Source: Atractiella rhizophila
Taxonomy: Eukaryota
Assembly: GCA_021432655.1 (NCBI GenBank)
Contig: MU271371.1
Location: 1 to 64,000, forward strand
Length of the DNA stretch: 64,000 nt
Direction of reading: 5' to 3'
Shown here: positions 13,942 through 27,500 of the stretch, one piece after another
Layout: each line of letters begins with the position of its first letter
Numbering within the stretch: position 1 is the first letter of the stretch
Made by a program: the position numbers and the translations under genes
Notes under the pieces: generated by a model
Told to the model about the DNA's origin: nothing
What the model saw: the letters and a program-made list of their open reading frames with translations, nothing else
Database searches by the model: none

Positions 13942-16268
13942 ATGGACACGGTGACTTCCATATTGTCGGGCATCTCTGTGCTGCAGGTCCTCTCCTCTCT
14001 GGCACTTGCCGCGTTCGCTGCCATTGCCATCGATTATGCTCGGGTGCTTAAACAACGAAGGAAACTTCCGCCTGGCCCTCTACCGTGGCCTATCGTTGGT
14101 GAGTTCTTCCGTTCATCCTTCTGCAAAGATACATCGCTAATGTTGAATATTGTACAGGTAATACTTTTCAATTGCCGGATGTGAAACCATGGGTATGGTT
14201 CGAGGAAGTTTCTAAACAATACAAATGTCCAGTGATCACCATCTGGATTGGAAGGAACCCTACCGTCTGGCTAAACGATGTCTGTGAGTTTGTCGCCTAA
14301 CATAAGGCAAAGGATACCGTTTCACACAATACTTAGGGAGTGCATACGAGCTGTTAGAAAAACGTGCCAATGTATTCTCTTCACGACCGCGTATGGTCGT
14401 CTTTGGAGAGCTGGGAACTGGAGACTGGAATCTTGTTACAATGAAGGCATGCAGCCTCCGTATTCTAGAAGGAAGCGTCACTAACGAGATTTCTAACAGT
14501 ATGGGGAACGATGGAGGGTTCATCGAAAGATTACTCATCAGGGCATCGGTGCTCAGGTTGTGAAAGATTATCGAGAGCTGCAAGATGGAGAGTCCAAAGT
14601 TTTGGCTTTAGAGTTGCTCACTGAACCTGAAGGTGGGTATTCATCTTCAATTTCACACTAATGATGCTGATTCGCAACAGAATATGTCATGCACTATGAA
14701 CGCTATGCTACCTCTGTTGGTGAGCCTCTGTTTTGCCCGAAATATGCGGATCTGAGCTTTGCCGCAACAGTATCAATCATTGGCTTTGGTCGGCGTATTC
14801 CATCTTATAAGGATCCCATAATCACTGATGGTGTGTACACGTGTGCACTCTCTTCTACAATCGCTAACAACAATTATCTGCGCAGTTATCCGCGTCATGC
14901 ACATTGCTGCTGCTCTCAACGTCCCCGGAAAGACCTTCCCGATGTTGATGGAGACCTTCCCATTCCTCGCCAAGATCCCCGGAAACTGGTTCTGGAAGAA
15001 GGGTTTAGGTTCGAGGAGAGGAAGCCGTGATTTCTTCTATGCGCTAGCGGAGGAGGCGAACAGGAAATCTGACTGGGACTGTTTCTCCAAGCAAGTGTTC
15101 GCACTTAGAGACCAATATGAGCTTAGCGAGAGGGAGATTGGAGCTTTGACCGGAAACCTATTTGGTGCTGGTAAGTGTTGGTTCCCTCTAAGATGACGAT
15201 GAGATGCTGATGGTTGACCCTCAAACCCAGGATCCGACACAACTTCCTCAACCCTCATCTCTCTCACCCTCGCTCTTTGCGCCTTCCCTGAAGTTGTTGC
15301 CAAAGCCCACGAGGAACTTGAGAAGGTGGTTGGATCGCAACGCTCTCCCACCTGGACCGATGCGCCAAACTTGCCCTATATCAAGGGAGTCGTTAGCGAA
15401 ATCTTTCGTTGGGTAAGGCCACTAGAGATTATCCCATACTAGCTGCTGACGACATGATCTAGAGGAACACCGCTATTATTGGAGGTCAGCCGCATGCTAA
15501 CACTGAAGAAGTAACTTGGAATGGGTGGACTTTCCCTGCTGGCACCTGGACACAAGCTAATCTTTGGCACGTCCTGCCTCCATCTGCTCAAATATCCATG
15601 CTGACAACTTTTTATTAGGGCTATTCACAGAAGTGAGAGGGAATACAAAGACTCAGACTCATTCCGTCCAGAACGATGGCTCGAGGATGAGAAAGCAGAC
15701 CTACGCGGCGAGTATCCAGGTTGCGGTGGACGTGGATACTCTTCGTTCGGTTTCGGGCGTCGAGTTTGTTCCGGTCAGGCATTAGCTGGTGCGTTTTAAC
15801 ATCATCTGGCGATCGGATTACGTTGATTCTTTATTGTGTGTAGAACAAGGAATGTATATTACCGTGGCGCGTCTTCTCTGGGCGTTCAAGATTGAGAAAG
15901 CACTTAACGCGAATGGGAAAGAGATCCCCGTCGACACTTTTGCTTATACCAACGGTTCGTCCATCCTTCATTCTGCCTTCAGCATCATTCGTCTGACGCA
16001 TAGATCGTGGCCAGGTCTGAACATGCGACCGAAGCCGTTTAATTGTCGATTCACCGTTCGAAATGAAGAGGTGCGGAAGACGATTGAGCGGGAAGCAAAG
16101 GAGGCAATGTTGGACTTGGAGAGATTCGCAGGAGAAACTAAGCTTAGGGCTAGAGATTTTTGGGGAGGCAGAAAGTCGGAAGAGGAGGCTGGTTCGTCTT
16201 TTCCATCATTGCTCGTCTCTAACTCTGACCGGGAAAACATAGATTCCCTCATCCAGAATGAAAAATAA
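13942..16268 (+). CDS. cytochrome P450, multi-exon
   Basis: N-terminal TM then LPPGPLPWPIVG, I-helix NLFGAG/SDTT, ExxR (EIFR), PERW, and heme motif FGFGRRVCSG. Confidence 0.95.
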
Positions 16269-19200
16269 TGACAGTCCTGCTGTGATTATTGCTTGTTGTA
16301 TCCATTTGTTATTGGACCTTGCACTTGCACCCGCACCTTGATTTCGCAACTCAAGCTGCTCAGTCTATTGCACCCCAAGCCCTGAAATCCCAAGCTCTTG
16401 AACCGACTTGAGTACTGCTAATCATGAGTTTCCACCTCTCTCCATTGCGTAACAGCTTGTAGCAAGTAATAACGCCCAGAGCCACGAGTACTTGAGTGCT
16501 ACTTGATCGATCATCCTGGCCGCTATTCCTCCGATATCCATTCATTTAAGGCAGATTAAATTAGAAGAATTCTGTAGGGATGGTTCACCGCGTATTCATA
16601 GAAAAAGGATTGATATTGAAGGTATATGAACAACAACAAGTCAGTTCCCCAACCGCCCATCAGCTGGTAATCGCGTCGACCTCAAGAAATGAGAGTGAGT
16701 TAACAAAAGGGATAATAGTCACACCACAGCCATTAAGGCTTAATAAATCACATCAAGAATGCCATCACGGTGGCGATCAACAATCCGACGACACCTCCAC
16801 TAACGTTAAGCACGGCGGCGGCAGAATTTTCCCTGTTGGTGGATTCCTGGTTCGCTGGAGTGCTAGCGGAGACCTCAGTGGTGGTCGGGCTGGGAGGAGG
16901 GGTGGAGGTGGTACTGTGGCTGGTGGTAGTGATTTTCGCGAAGGAAGTATTGGGCTCATCAGGAAGGGAGACTGTTGCTGAGGCCGCATAAACTCTTTGG
17001 TCAGAGCGGAGCGCCTCAGCGTTGAAAGTTTGATTGTACGTTGCTTCCCAACCAGTACCGCAGGAACCGATGTCAGTGTAATAGAAATCTACATAGTAAA
17101 CAGCCGGTCAATATTAAAAAGTAGGAAGGGGAGGACGGACAGTGATCCGCTTCGCTGTCGCCTCCAGCGCAACGAGAGTCGGTCGTGTCGCCCTCACACA
17201 CGACAAAGTCTTGACCATACATGGGATTGGTGCCGAAAAGATGGATGCCGGTGGAGACGAATGCGTATCCATCTTCGTCGGCTTCAGCGAGGGGGATGGA
17301 GGCGGGGATTGAGTCATCGTTAGCAACAGCACGTTGAGTGGAGTCCCTACACTTCCATATGAGCAGATGGAAGAGGAGGGCGAATGGCGCACCCTTCGAA
17401 CAGCGCGTCCCATCTCGCGGCGGCAGCTCTGTTAAACACGGGAGGAGAGCCGAAGGAGTGAGAGGAGAAAAGCAGTCCTTTGGCCTTCAACTCAATAGCT
17501 GCGACTTGCATAATCATCGCGCCGAATCCGTGACCAGAAGAGGACCTGTTCCCATCCACGCCAACCCCATTATGCCCAAATCCCAATCTCAGGTGAAAGT
17601 TGGGAAGGACTGACCACACAAGTTTACCCTGGTTTCCTTTGATCGCCTCAAATTCGTTCGTCGCCGCCTTAACTTCAGCCCAAGCCTCTTGAGCACCCTG
17701 ATGAGCCTTGCACACTCCGAATTCGCTCGAGTTCGAACATCCAACAGATGCGGGCAGAGGGGTCAGAGTCGCGTTGTAGTTCTGCCATCCATATTGTCCT
17801 TTAAAGACGGCAAGAATCTTGTTCATCTCTCACACGATGCATCAGCTTCTCATCCACGGTTATAACACAACACTTGAATGAAAGCAAAACGGACCTCAGG
17901 AACTTTGACCATGTATCCTTCGCTCTGATACTTCGGTGTAGGTCCCCAAGTTCCTACAAATAATGACAGTCCTGCTGTGATTATTGCTTGTTGTATCCAT
18001 TTTTTATTGGACCTTGCATTTGCACCCGCACCTTGATTTCGCAACTCAAGCTGTCCAGTCTATTGCACCCGAAGCCCTGAAATCCCAAGCTCTTGAACCG
18101 ACTTGAGTACCGCTAATCATGAGTTCCCACCTCTCTCTCCATTGCGTAACAGCTTGTAGCAAGTACTTGGGTGCTACTCGATCGATCATCCTGGCCACTA
18201 TTCCGATATCCATTCATTTAAGGCAGATTAAATTAGAAGAATTCTGTAGGGATGGTTCACCACGTCTTCATAGAAAAAGGATTGATATTGAAGGTATATA
18301 TGAACAACAACAAGTCAGTTTCCCAACCGCCCATCAGCTGGTAATCGCGTCGACCTCAAGAAATGAGAGTGAGTTAACAAAAGAGATAATAGTCACACCA
18401 CAGCCATTAAAGCTTAATAAATCACATCAAGAATGCCATCACGGTGGCGATTAACAATCCGACGACACCTCCACTAACGTTGAGCACGGCAGCGGCAGAA
18501 TTTTCCCTGTTGGTGGATTCCTGGTTCGCTGGAGTGCTAGCGGAGACCTCAGTGGTGGTCGGGCTGGGAGGAGGGGTGGAGGTGGTACTGTGGCTGGTGG
18601 TAGTGATTTTCGCGAAGGAAGTATTGGGCTCATCAGGAAGGGAGACTGTTGCTGAGGCCGCATAAGCTCTTTGGTCAGAGCGGAGCGCCTCAGCGTTGAA
18701 AGTTTGATTGTACGTTGCTTCCCAACCAGTACCGCAGGAACCGATGTCAGTGTAATAGAAATCTACATGGTAACGAGCCGGTCAATATTAAAAAGTAGGA
18801 AGGGGAGGACGGACAATGATCCGCTTCGCTGTCGCCTCCAGCGCAACGAGAGTCGGTCGGGTCGCCTTCACACACGACAAAGTCTTGACCATACATGGGA
18901 TTGGTGCCGAAAAGATGGATGCCGGTGGAGACGAATGCGTATCCATCTTCGTCGGCTTCAGCGAGGGGGATGGAGGCGGGGATTGAGTCATCGTTAGCAA
19001 CAGCACGTTGAGTGGAGTCCCTACACTTCCATATGAGCAGATGGAAGAGGAGGGCGAATGGCGCACCCTTCGAACAGCGCGTCCCATCTCGCGGCGGCAG
19101 CTCTGTTAAACACGGGAGGAGAGCCGAAGGAGTGAGACGAGAAAAGCAGTCCTTTGGCCTTCAACTCAATAGCTGCGACCTGCATAATCATCGCGCCGAA

Positions 19201-19633
19201 TCCGTGACCAGAAGAGGACCTGTTCCCATCCACGCCAACCCCATTAGGCCCAAATCCCAATCTCAGGTGAAAGTTGGGAAGGACTGACCACACAAGTTTA
19301 CCCTGGTTTCCCTTGATCGCCTCAAATTCGTTCGTCGCCGCCTTAACTTCAGCCCAGGCCTCTTGAGCACCCTGATGAGCCTTGCACACTCCGAATTCGC
19401 TCGAGTTCGAACATCCAACAGATGCGGGCAGAGGGGTCAGAGTGGCGTTGTAGTTCTGCCATCCATATTGTCCTTTAAAGACGGCAAGAATCTTGTTCAT
19501 CTATCTCACACGATGCATCAGCTTCTCATCCACGGTTTTAACACAACACTTGAATGAAAGCAAAACGGACCTCAGGAACTTTGACCATGTATCCTTCGCT
19601 CTGATACTTCGGTGTAGGTCCCCAAGTTCCTAC
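16263..19633. repeat. tandem duplication 1: 16263-17957 / 17958-19633
   Basis: Near-identical units with scattered substitutions and small indels. Junction reads ...GTTCCTAC|AAATAATGAC. Confidence 0.95.
16748..17957 (-). pseudogene. 5'-truncated copy of the lipase-3-like GPI gene
   Basis: Same exons as 18422-19633, but the unit ends mid-exon. It lacks the start codon and signal peptide. Confidence 0.7.
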
Positions 19634-20843
19634 GATTTCAAACGGCGTCTCAGTGTTTCCAGGGTATTGGCGGTCGAGCGAGTCGGTGGTGAAAGTGAGA
19701 GGGCACAGAGATGCGTAGTCACCATATGCGGCCATGGCGAGGAGACCATGATCTTTCGGCGCACAAGCTATTGTCAGCGGGCACAACGAAGGGACGAGAA
19801 GGACATACAGCGGTTGTGCCAGTAGAAAGAGGCGGACCTGAGCAGGAGACGGGTTAGTTGTTGCATCATTTGATGTGGAAGAGAGATATTCTAGGTCTGA
19901 TATTTCTAATCCACTTCATTAGAGTCTCTCAATTTCCTTTTTGTATTGTATTGTCCTAAATAACCCGCTATAGGGTCGTGTAAATCACCTCTGCGTCTGG
20001 GGTAGGCAGGGGAAGACGAGGATGTCCGTCGTCCACCAACATGCCAACGATTACAACATCCATCAACGGCAGAGATATCTTTGCGCCTTGAAGAGGATAT
20101 AACAAAATGCTTTGGTTATTCCAATGGAAGAGAAGACAGAAGAGTCTGCAACAAACGAGCTCGGTTCCGACTGGAGGAAAGTGAGTCGATTATTTGCTCT
20201 TTAACCGGTATGTTTAGCACGCTTAAAGGCAGCGCAACCTTCAAGTTCTCGTCTGTCTTCCCTTGGAACAGCAAGCGGTTTTCTGATTTCACTCCCCACA
20301 ACACCAGCCATATCTCTTTCTCCTCAAATCTCAAACCGATGCTTTAGTGAAGCCATTGATTGAGGCATGAATGGAGAAGGATCTATTCCAACTTCGCATC
20401 ACCTTATGAGATCTGGCAGAAAGAAAACTTGTTGGTCATACAGAGGAACGTCTGAAGAAACGTGTTGTGATACATTGTACTCAACGTGATGTTCGACACG
20501 ATGCGTTCCTGCAAACAGTTAAAGGAACAAGAAATATTGGGAAATACGCAGGAAAGTCGAAGAGGAAAGCAAAGCGGAGAAACGGAAGAATGGAGAAAGA
20601 ACTAGATGCGCACCCAACTCCCGTCCATGGATTAGTCTCTCCCGCCGCTGTGCTGTTTCCTGAACTTCCACTTCCTTTTCCACTTCCACTGCTTCCAGAA
20701 TCTCCGTCTCCTCCTTTACCATGTCCCTTTCCACTCCCACCTTTTCCAGACCCTTTTCCAGATCCTGACTCGTCGTCCGACTCCTTCTGAGCCCATGCGC
20801 CTTTCAACGTTAAGAGAAGGGGGAGGAGAAAGGCGGCTTTCAT
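18422..20843 (-). CDS. secreted, probably GPI-anchored class-3 lipase-like protein with a Gly/Ser-rich N-terminus
   Basis: Exon 1 (20843-20614, signal MKAAFLLPLLLTLKGAWA plus GSGKG repeats) splices in phase 2 over a 776-nt intron (ACTAAC..CTCAG) to 19837. Lipase_3-like motifs ILAVFKG, KAHQGAQEAW, GHGFGA, SFGSPPVFN, VANDDSIP, DH follow, then a Ser/Thr stalk and hydrophobic tail ENSAAAVLNVSGGVVGLLIATVMAFLM*. Confidence 0.8.
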
Positions 20844-21817
20844 GGTGATAATTCTTGTTGATAAGGAACGTAGGAATGAAAGGTATTCACTGTGCCAAAA
20901 GCACTTATACTTATGCGCTCAAAGGTGGAATATGCTGAAGGAGAGGCTGAAGGCGGTGGAAAGGAGAAAGAGTTTTATGCATTGTGCGAGTGAAACCTCT
21001 TGGCGACGCCGAGCACTCTCAAAGTCAGAACATTTAAACTTTTGCCACACGTGCCGAAGCGATCAATAGAATTGGAACAAGGAACAGCGAGCATCTCCTC
21101 AGTCCATTTTGTCGTACTAGGTCTCAAAGTTACCAATTGTCTTCGTCGTTATGCAGCAGTTGGACAATGTCTATTATTTTTTTTTACGGAGAATTGCTGG
21201 TGAAGACGAGGGATTTACATACTTTCCGAAAAAACAAATGATCATGAAGTGGATTGGAAGGGGCAATGGAGAAACTTGAAAGTGCAATAGAGCTGACATA
21301 CGGGAGTCCTCTTGAACAACCATAATCCGCGCTCTTTATCTGCTGCAGTTGCTACTTTCAGCTTTTCCACTCGGCTTCCATTCTGCCATTATCCCGCGCT
21401 GTCGTACAACCTACCAGATGTTACTAAGCAGTTGCTGAGCAATTGACGGTTACATTTGCACATTAACAGGACTATTCTAAGCGACAAATGCACCTTGATG
21501 GGAATGAAAGCCATGGTGTTTGTTGACAGTTCAGATGAAGAGCGGCAGCACCTAAGAGCAACTTTGTTGCTCTGTAAGTCTGCTAAAATACCTAATAGCG
21601 CAGTAAGTGTTCTAGTACATTTCATGGGGGGGGCATGAACGCATTCACTGCACGCTGTAGTCAAATGGCGAGAGATGAAGAGCTTGTGTCGATTATCTAC
21701 GATTCCGATGGTGGTGCCAGAATAAAGCAATGGACGGATACAAATTCGGTCTCGGTAAAAAGCAGCATGAATACAAGTAGTCATGTATCCAAGTAAGAAG
21801 AATGTCATCAAGCATGC

Positions 21818-24549
21818 CTACTCGTCACCACCATCTGAGCCAGTCTCATTAGAATCTTCATAATCTCGAGTGTCCTTTTCATCCAAGTTACAGCCTTGAA
21901 GCTCCCTTTTTGACAAACCGCCATCATAGTTCCTGAGCTGGTGCATGCGGTATGCCTCAGGAGGTAGGACTGTGCCTATTGGGGCAGTTAGGATGCCGAG
22001 TTCGTTCTATGCATACAGATCAGTACATCTGCAGGTTCAAAGGGAAATGAGAAACGTACAGTAGCATCAAAGCCACCATCCCACTGCGAATTCTACATCA
22101 GCTCGAAGTATGCAGAAGGAAGCAAACCCCGCACTTGATTCTTCCCAAAGAAACCAACAATCTCATATCCTTCTTCTGGCTCTAACGACTCGACTTCTTG
22201 GGACGCATCTCCGACGTCGTCCTCATCAAAGCTTATTCCATGTTCAACCTTTTCTCCTTGTTCTGTCCGGATAGCCACTGCGCAAATACGATCTTTATAA
22301 TCGTCCTCCTTCACCTTCAAACCTGTCACCTTATCCCCTTTCCCAATGCGTAAGGTCTGTGGATTACCGCCTAAATGTTTTCGACGACTGCCAGGCTGGA
22401 ATCGAGGCCCACAGATCGCAACTGTCCCATCCTCAAAATGTAGGTAAAACCCATCGAACCAAGCTCCAACGTGTATCACGATTTTGTTAGCGCGAATGAC
22501 TGTCCCGTGCCCCTCATCAAGCTCTTTCCGTCACCAAAGCACGGAGAAGACTTACCTTTGCCTTCTTTACCTAGCTTGCTTAAGAGAACGGCCCACTTCC
22601 ATTCTTTCCCACTGTAGTGCCCATCCCACCTCGCCGACTTTTTCATGAGAGTCAACTTGTCATTGACTCGGACAAACGAACTAGTCAAGAAATCTCTTAA
22701 ATCTCCAATCGTACGTATCGTCCCATTCTTCCCCATCACTTTCAAAGTGACCCTCTGATCCTTCGGCAGGTCATCGAGCACTTCATATGGCAACGTCTTC
22801 TCCTTCACATCCTGCTCTCTCAAGTCGTCCACCCGCACTCGGTCGTCATTCACCGTGTATTCGAGCAGTGCGATACCAGCAGAGCAAGAAACAAGCCCCC
22901 CGTCCGCCCCTGCCGTGACGGAGAGATCGGCGGAGGAGGTCTTGTCTCCGGGTTGACGGAAACAGGGATGGAAACGGAAGGTGTACAAGTCGAAGAGGTG
23001 CCATTTGTTCGTCGTCTCGCCAGAGGTGTCCTCCATCCCAGCAGACTTCGTGCGCTTACAGTGCGCCTCTATACCCCGCAGCGTTCTGGAAATTGTTCAG
23101 ACGAACCGAAATTGAGAAAGCGGACCTTTGGACACAAAGCTCCTGTTCCATTCAACGTATCCCCTCCGCATGATCCCTTCAGACTGATGCGGAAGACCAA
23201 GCGCATGTCCTAGCTCGTGAAGAAAAGCCCCTTGACCTATGCAACAGGCTTCCCAGAAAGTGCCACATTGCCCTATCCATTCTTCATTCAGAGAAACCTT
23301 CCAAAGGAAATGGAACTAATTCTGAACGAACCCGCGTCATTCCCCACTTTCGAACGAGCAGTTACTGGCGTATCGTCCAGGAGACAGGGAACGATTTCTT
23401 CAATGTGCCCTTTGATAACGAAGGCAAAGTTACATTAGAACTCGACAGGAACTGAGGAAGGAACGACGTACGAGGCCATGCCCAACTGGTATGGGAGCCA
23501 AACATCCTTCATTTCATGCCAATGAGAAGCATTGTGGGATTTATTTAGAGAGCCATACCCAAGTTGCCTTTTGTTGTTTCCTCCCCCTAAGGCCGCATGA
23601 GCGACTATCAGGTTTTGCTTTGGGTCGAAGCTACTTTTCATGAGCCATGGCTAACACCTGGTAGATGAACATACTGGCTGTCCAAGATCAAACCTGCAAC
23701 CACGGGTTTCTCTGCCGCTCTGCCAGCTATACCCTCAAAGACTCCGCCATAGGTGTCTAATGCCTCCATAAAAACGTCATAAAGTTTTCCAGCCTGTCTA
23801 GCGCCGTCATTTTGTTGTGCCCAGTTGGGATCCCTCAACTGCTTCATCGTATAGGTCGACTTTACCACATGAACCTTCGCCGTATGTCTGAACGCCTCCT
23901 CCCATCCGTCCTCAGCAAAGATCGTGTCTCTCCCCCACTCTTCTTCCAGCCTGAAAGAGCGACGACCAAGGCCTTCAGCGCGCATGTTCTCTGCAGTAAG
24001 AGCTTGAGACATGTATGCCCACAGTCTCAGTTTCTTGATAGCTGCCTGGAGGTCTGAGTGGACTGAAGAGCTCAGCTTTTCCGGCGGACAGTCGATGAGG
24101 AGGGAGGAGTCGGAGGCGACCAGGATTGCGAGGTGAACGGGACGAATGTGGAGAAGCGGGATGTAGGTTATACCTTCCAACACGAGCACATCTTCACCCT
24201 CCGCTTCATCCAGATCCATCTTTTCCACCCCTGCCTCTGCCTTCGAAGTTGCTGGCGCAAGGGAGGGAACGAAGCAGAACCGTAAGTCCTGAGGACCAGG
24301 GAGTAGCGGAACGAGTCCTTTCCAGTGTCCCGACGAGACTGGGAAGGAGAGGTCGAAATCATTCGCGCTGGAGATCGAAATGTATCCTTTCTCGTTCGGA
24401 GAGTGGCCAGCGGTACCATGCAGAAGGAGAAAGCGTTGATAGATAGTCTCGTTTGCAGAGAGATTGGAGACTTTGATGCTCGATGTGTACGTCATACTGT
24501 TTTCCGCGCTTGAGATTATGGTCTGGGAGTGGCCAAGAGGTGGAGGCAT
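21818..24549 (-). CDS. zinc metallopeptidase with C-terminal jacalin-like region (YIL108W-like)
   Basis: HLAILVASDS, RRSFRLEEEW, IVAHAALGGG, zinc motif FLHELGHALGLPH plus GIM turn near 23170-23225, and C-terminal EGYEIVGFFG. Confidence 0.88.
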
Positions 24550-27500
24550 GGCTGCTGGCTGTCAAATGACAGAGCAATAAATACTACAAGAGGTCGTAGT
24601 CAAATCAGTCGTTGACTCCTCGCAACAAGGCAATGAAACGCCAAACAACCTGATGTATGTCTACCAACGAGCAGTAAAATTAGCTTCGCAGGTGGCCATT
24701 CGGGGAAAGGCTCGCAAACTCGCACTCGTGGGACAGAATAGTACCCTGAAGACAGGCTGCTGCGAGTTGCCCGAACTACTAGAGTGCACAATCTCTTAAA
24801 AGCCCTCAGAAAAGACAGCTGCGGGTGAATATTCAATTCTCATGATGTTGGCATTGAATTTAAATGCCACTGTTGAACGTTGAATGTTGAGCCACGAATC
24901 ACATCCATGGAATCATTCATGCACAGTCGAGTTACTAAACCTCGAGACACGCTTAAACTGGGTAGAAAGCAGGGCAGCTACCATGGGATTAACTTGCTGA
25001 TCAAGCTTAGTGGAGTAGGCGATACCCTGATCCGTTCAAAACGGAAATGTAAGCGCCGCCCAAAACGGAGTGTTGAACCCGTTCATGTTGTTCTTTCGTT
25101 CTCTAAATCGAACACTACAAGAAGACAGAAGAGACAGATGACAGATGACCACTAATTTCGCTTCTGTGCAGCATCCGCTACATTTAAACACACGACCAGG
25201 GACGAAATGTGGAGCGGGAAAAGTAGTGAAATATGTAGACGACAATTGATTGCCTTGCACTTACGATACCAAGAGCCTGAGCAGATCCTCCCTACCCCAA
25301 AAATGCGTACCTTCGTGTTCAAGTTCAACTTGGTGATTTCGTCGTTTTCATGATCCAACGGAGGAGTCACGGAAAGTAGTTGGATGCCAATGAAACGCGG
25401 CAGCAAATATGCGCACCCTTTGCATACACTCTGCATCTAGCCTGCAAACTGGCTACAAAAGCAACGACCATCCCATCCCATTTTCGTCCCCATAACTTAT
25501 ATCAGAAGCGAGCATTAGCTTCAACAGCAGCAGCAAGGTATTTGGATCACGTGTAAAAAGGGGGGGGATAATTAAGGTGTGAGTTTTAAGTTTTGCCCAA
25601 CCCCATCACCAACATTCGCCAACTTTCCATTCCAACGATTTCCAGCATTACAAGCGTGACTTATGAGAGTTTTGCAGCGCCAGGTTCAGTCGAGATTAGA
25701 TTGAGCAGAGGATAGGGTTTATTCGAGCGACCGCCAACTTGGAGTTCGGAGGTCAGGTTTGGTTTGGAGGGGACGGATCTCGAATTGGGCAAGAACTTTA
25801 TTACTCCCAACACATCACCTGGGTGCAGCTTGCAGTTTTGAGCCTCAAACGTACGGTCATCTTTCGCTTCCACGGTCGAGAGAGTTGGAGAATAGGTTGG
25901 AGCGCGGGAGCAGGTGAGCACCTCTATTCTGAGCGAGTGGCGGATGGGTGGATACTTTCTCACCTTCGCCCGTTTTGACGAGCATGGATCGTCTTTTACG
26001 ATCTTGCATTCAACTCCCGATCTGCTCAGGGCACAGATTCTCATAGTAGATGAGTCTCGGGGTTCTTCATTCGATTGTTTTTCCAAACCCAATCCCAATT
26101 CGAGTTCGTGCCACTCGTCCTTCGCTCATCCTATCCTTCCCCATCGTTTCGTTAGCTTCTTATAAGTTACGTTGGGAGGTGGCTTTTGCTTTTCTTCTTC
26201 CTAGCGACCTAGTCCTACCTATCCCTACCCTTATCTGCTTGTCCTGCTGCTGCTATTCTACCGAGCGATATCTGCTATCGAGTATCTTACGACCCCTTAT
26301 CCTATCCTATCATAAGAGAGAAGTGATCGAGTATTCTGTTGTTGGTAGGAATTGGTGTACGTCTCTTCCTCTTGTTCTTTTCCTTCCGTCTTCCTTCTTC
26401 CTCGCTTCTTTCATTTCTTGCTTTCTCGCCCTTCTCTATTTCTTAACATACCGTCTGTTGCTGTCTTCCTCTCCTTCCTTTTGCGCTACGATCCACCTTT
26501 ATTTTTCCGTAAAGGCATCATACACACTAGCGAAGCTGGCACAACCAACATAATAATGTTCTGTTTTGATGGATGGAAGAATGTACCGGAGTGGACATTC
26601 CATCAATTTCATCTTCGTTCATACTAGCGGACAGTGCTCAGACTCTTATGCTTTTCTACGCTTCATAAGACTTCGTTGGGCTGTCAGCTGTGACATTTGA
26701 ATAGGCCTGACCTCGATTGCCCCGGAGCATTCAGTCAGGAGCGTTGTTCACTGTCGGAGGCTGCAATTCAGAACATCGAATAGGGGATGCTGGTGACCTG
26801 TCATTGATTAATCTTCGTTTGTTGATGACTGAGTCTCAGTCCAGTTTTGATGTCTAGCATTCCGTGTGCAAATATTCAAGGGCTAAGGATTTGTTTTCAA
26901 GAGATGGCGCTGCTACGTCAGTCAGCACAGTGCACCCTCTTGGTTTCTGGAATGGTGACAACAAATGTTCCCATTTCGGACACCAGATGCACTTGTGGGG
27001 TGAGGCGCTGGAACTTGCTCGGGAAAGTTGCGACTATGTTTGGGTAGGATGATGACTGTTCCTTCCTCTGTTCTCTCCTATTCCTTTCCCCCTTTCCCTT
27101 CTTTCCAGTCTTGTGTCGCCCCTCCGATGCGGAGTCGTTTGGGACAGACCCTCGAATCCGTCTGCTTGGTGTTATTGTTCCGGTCTTTACGTTTATCGAT
27201 TTCAAGTGACACCTTTCTTTCAGCTGTCGAGGTGTTTTCACACCTCACTACGTCAGGTCGAGCTTTCATTAACGTGCGATGGCGCGAGCATCCAACTCTT
27301 TCTTCATTTGGCGCTTTTGCGCTTGACAGAGAATTGCAAACACTCAGCTCGTGCGAGCCTACACAGCTGTCCGTCGACGTCAAAGTAGGCGTGTTCTACG
27401 AGTCTCTGCCATGCTTTCGACTATTCATGGACGACGATGATCGTCGTTGCCATTCAGTTCGCACTGAAGCGACACCTTCGCTGGGATCGTAATCAACCGG

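Noticed and set aside
26050..26553. 167-aa hydrophobic ORF resembling a membrane protein
   Set aside because: The Leu/Phe/Ser richness is explained by the pyrimidine tract; it fits a UTR exon plus intron better.
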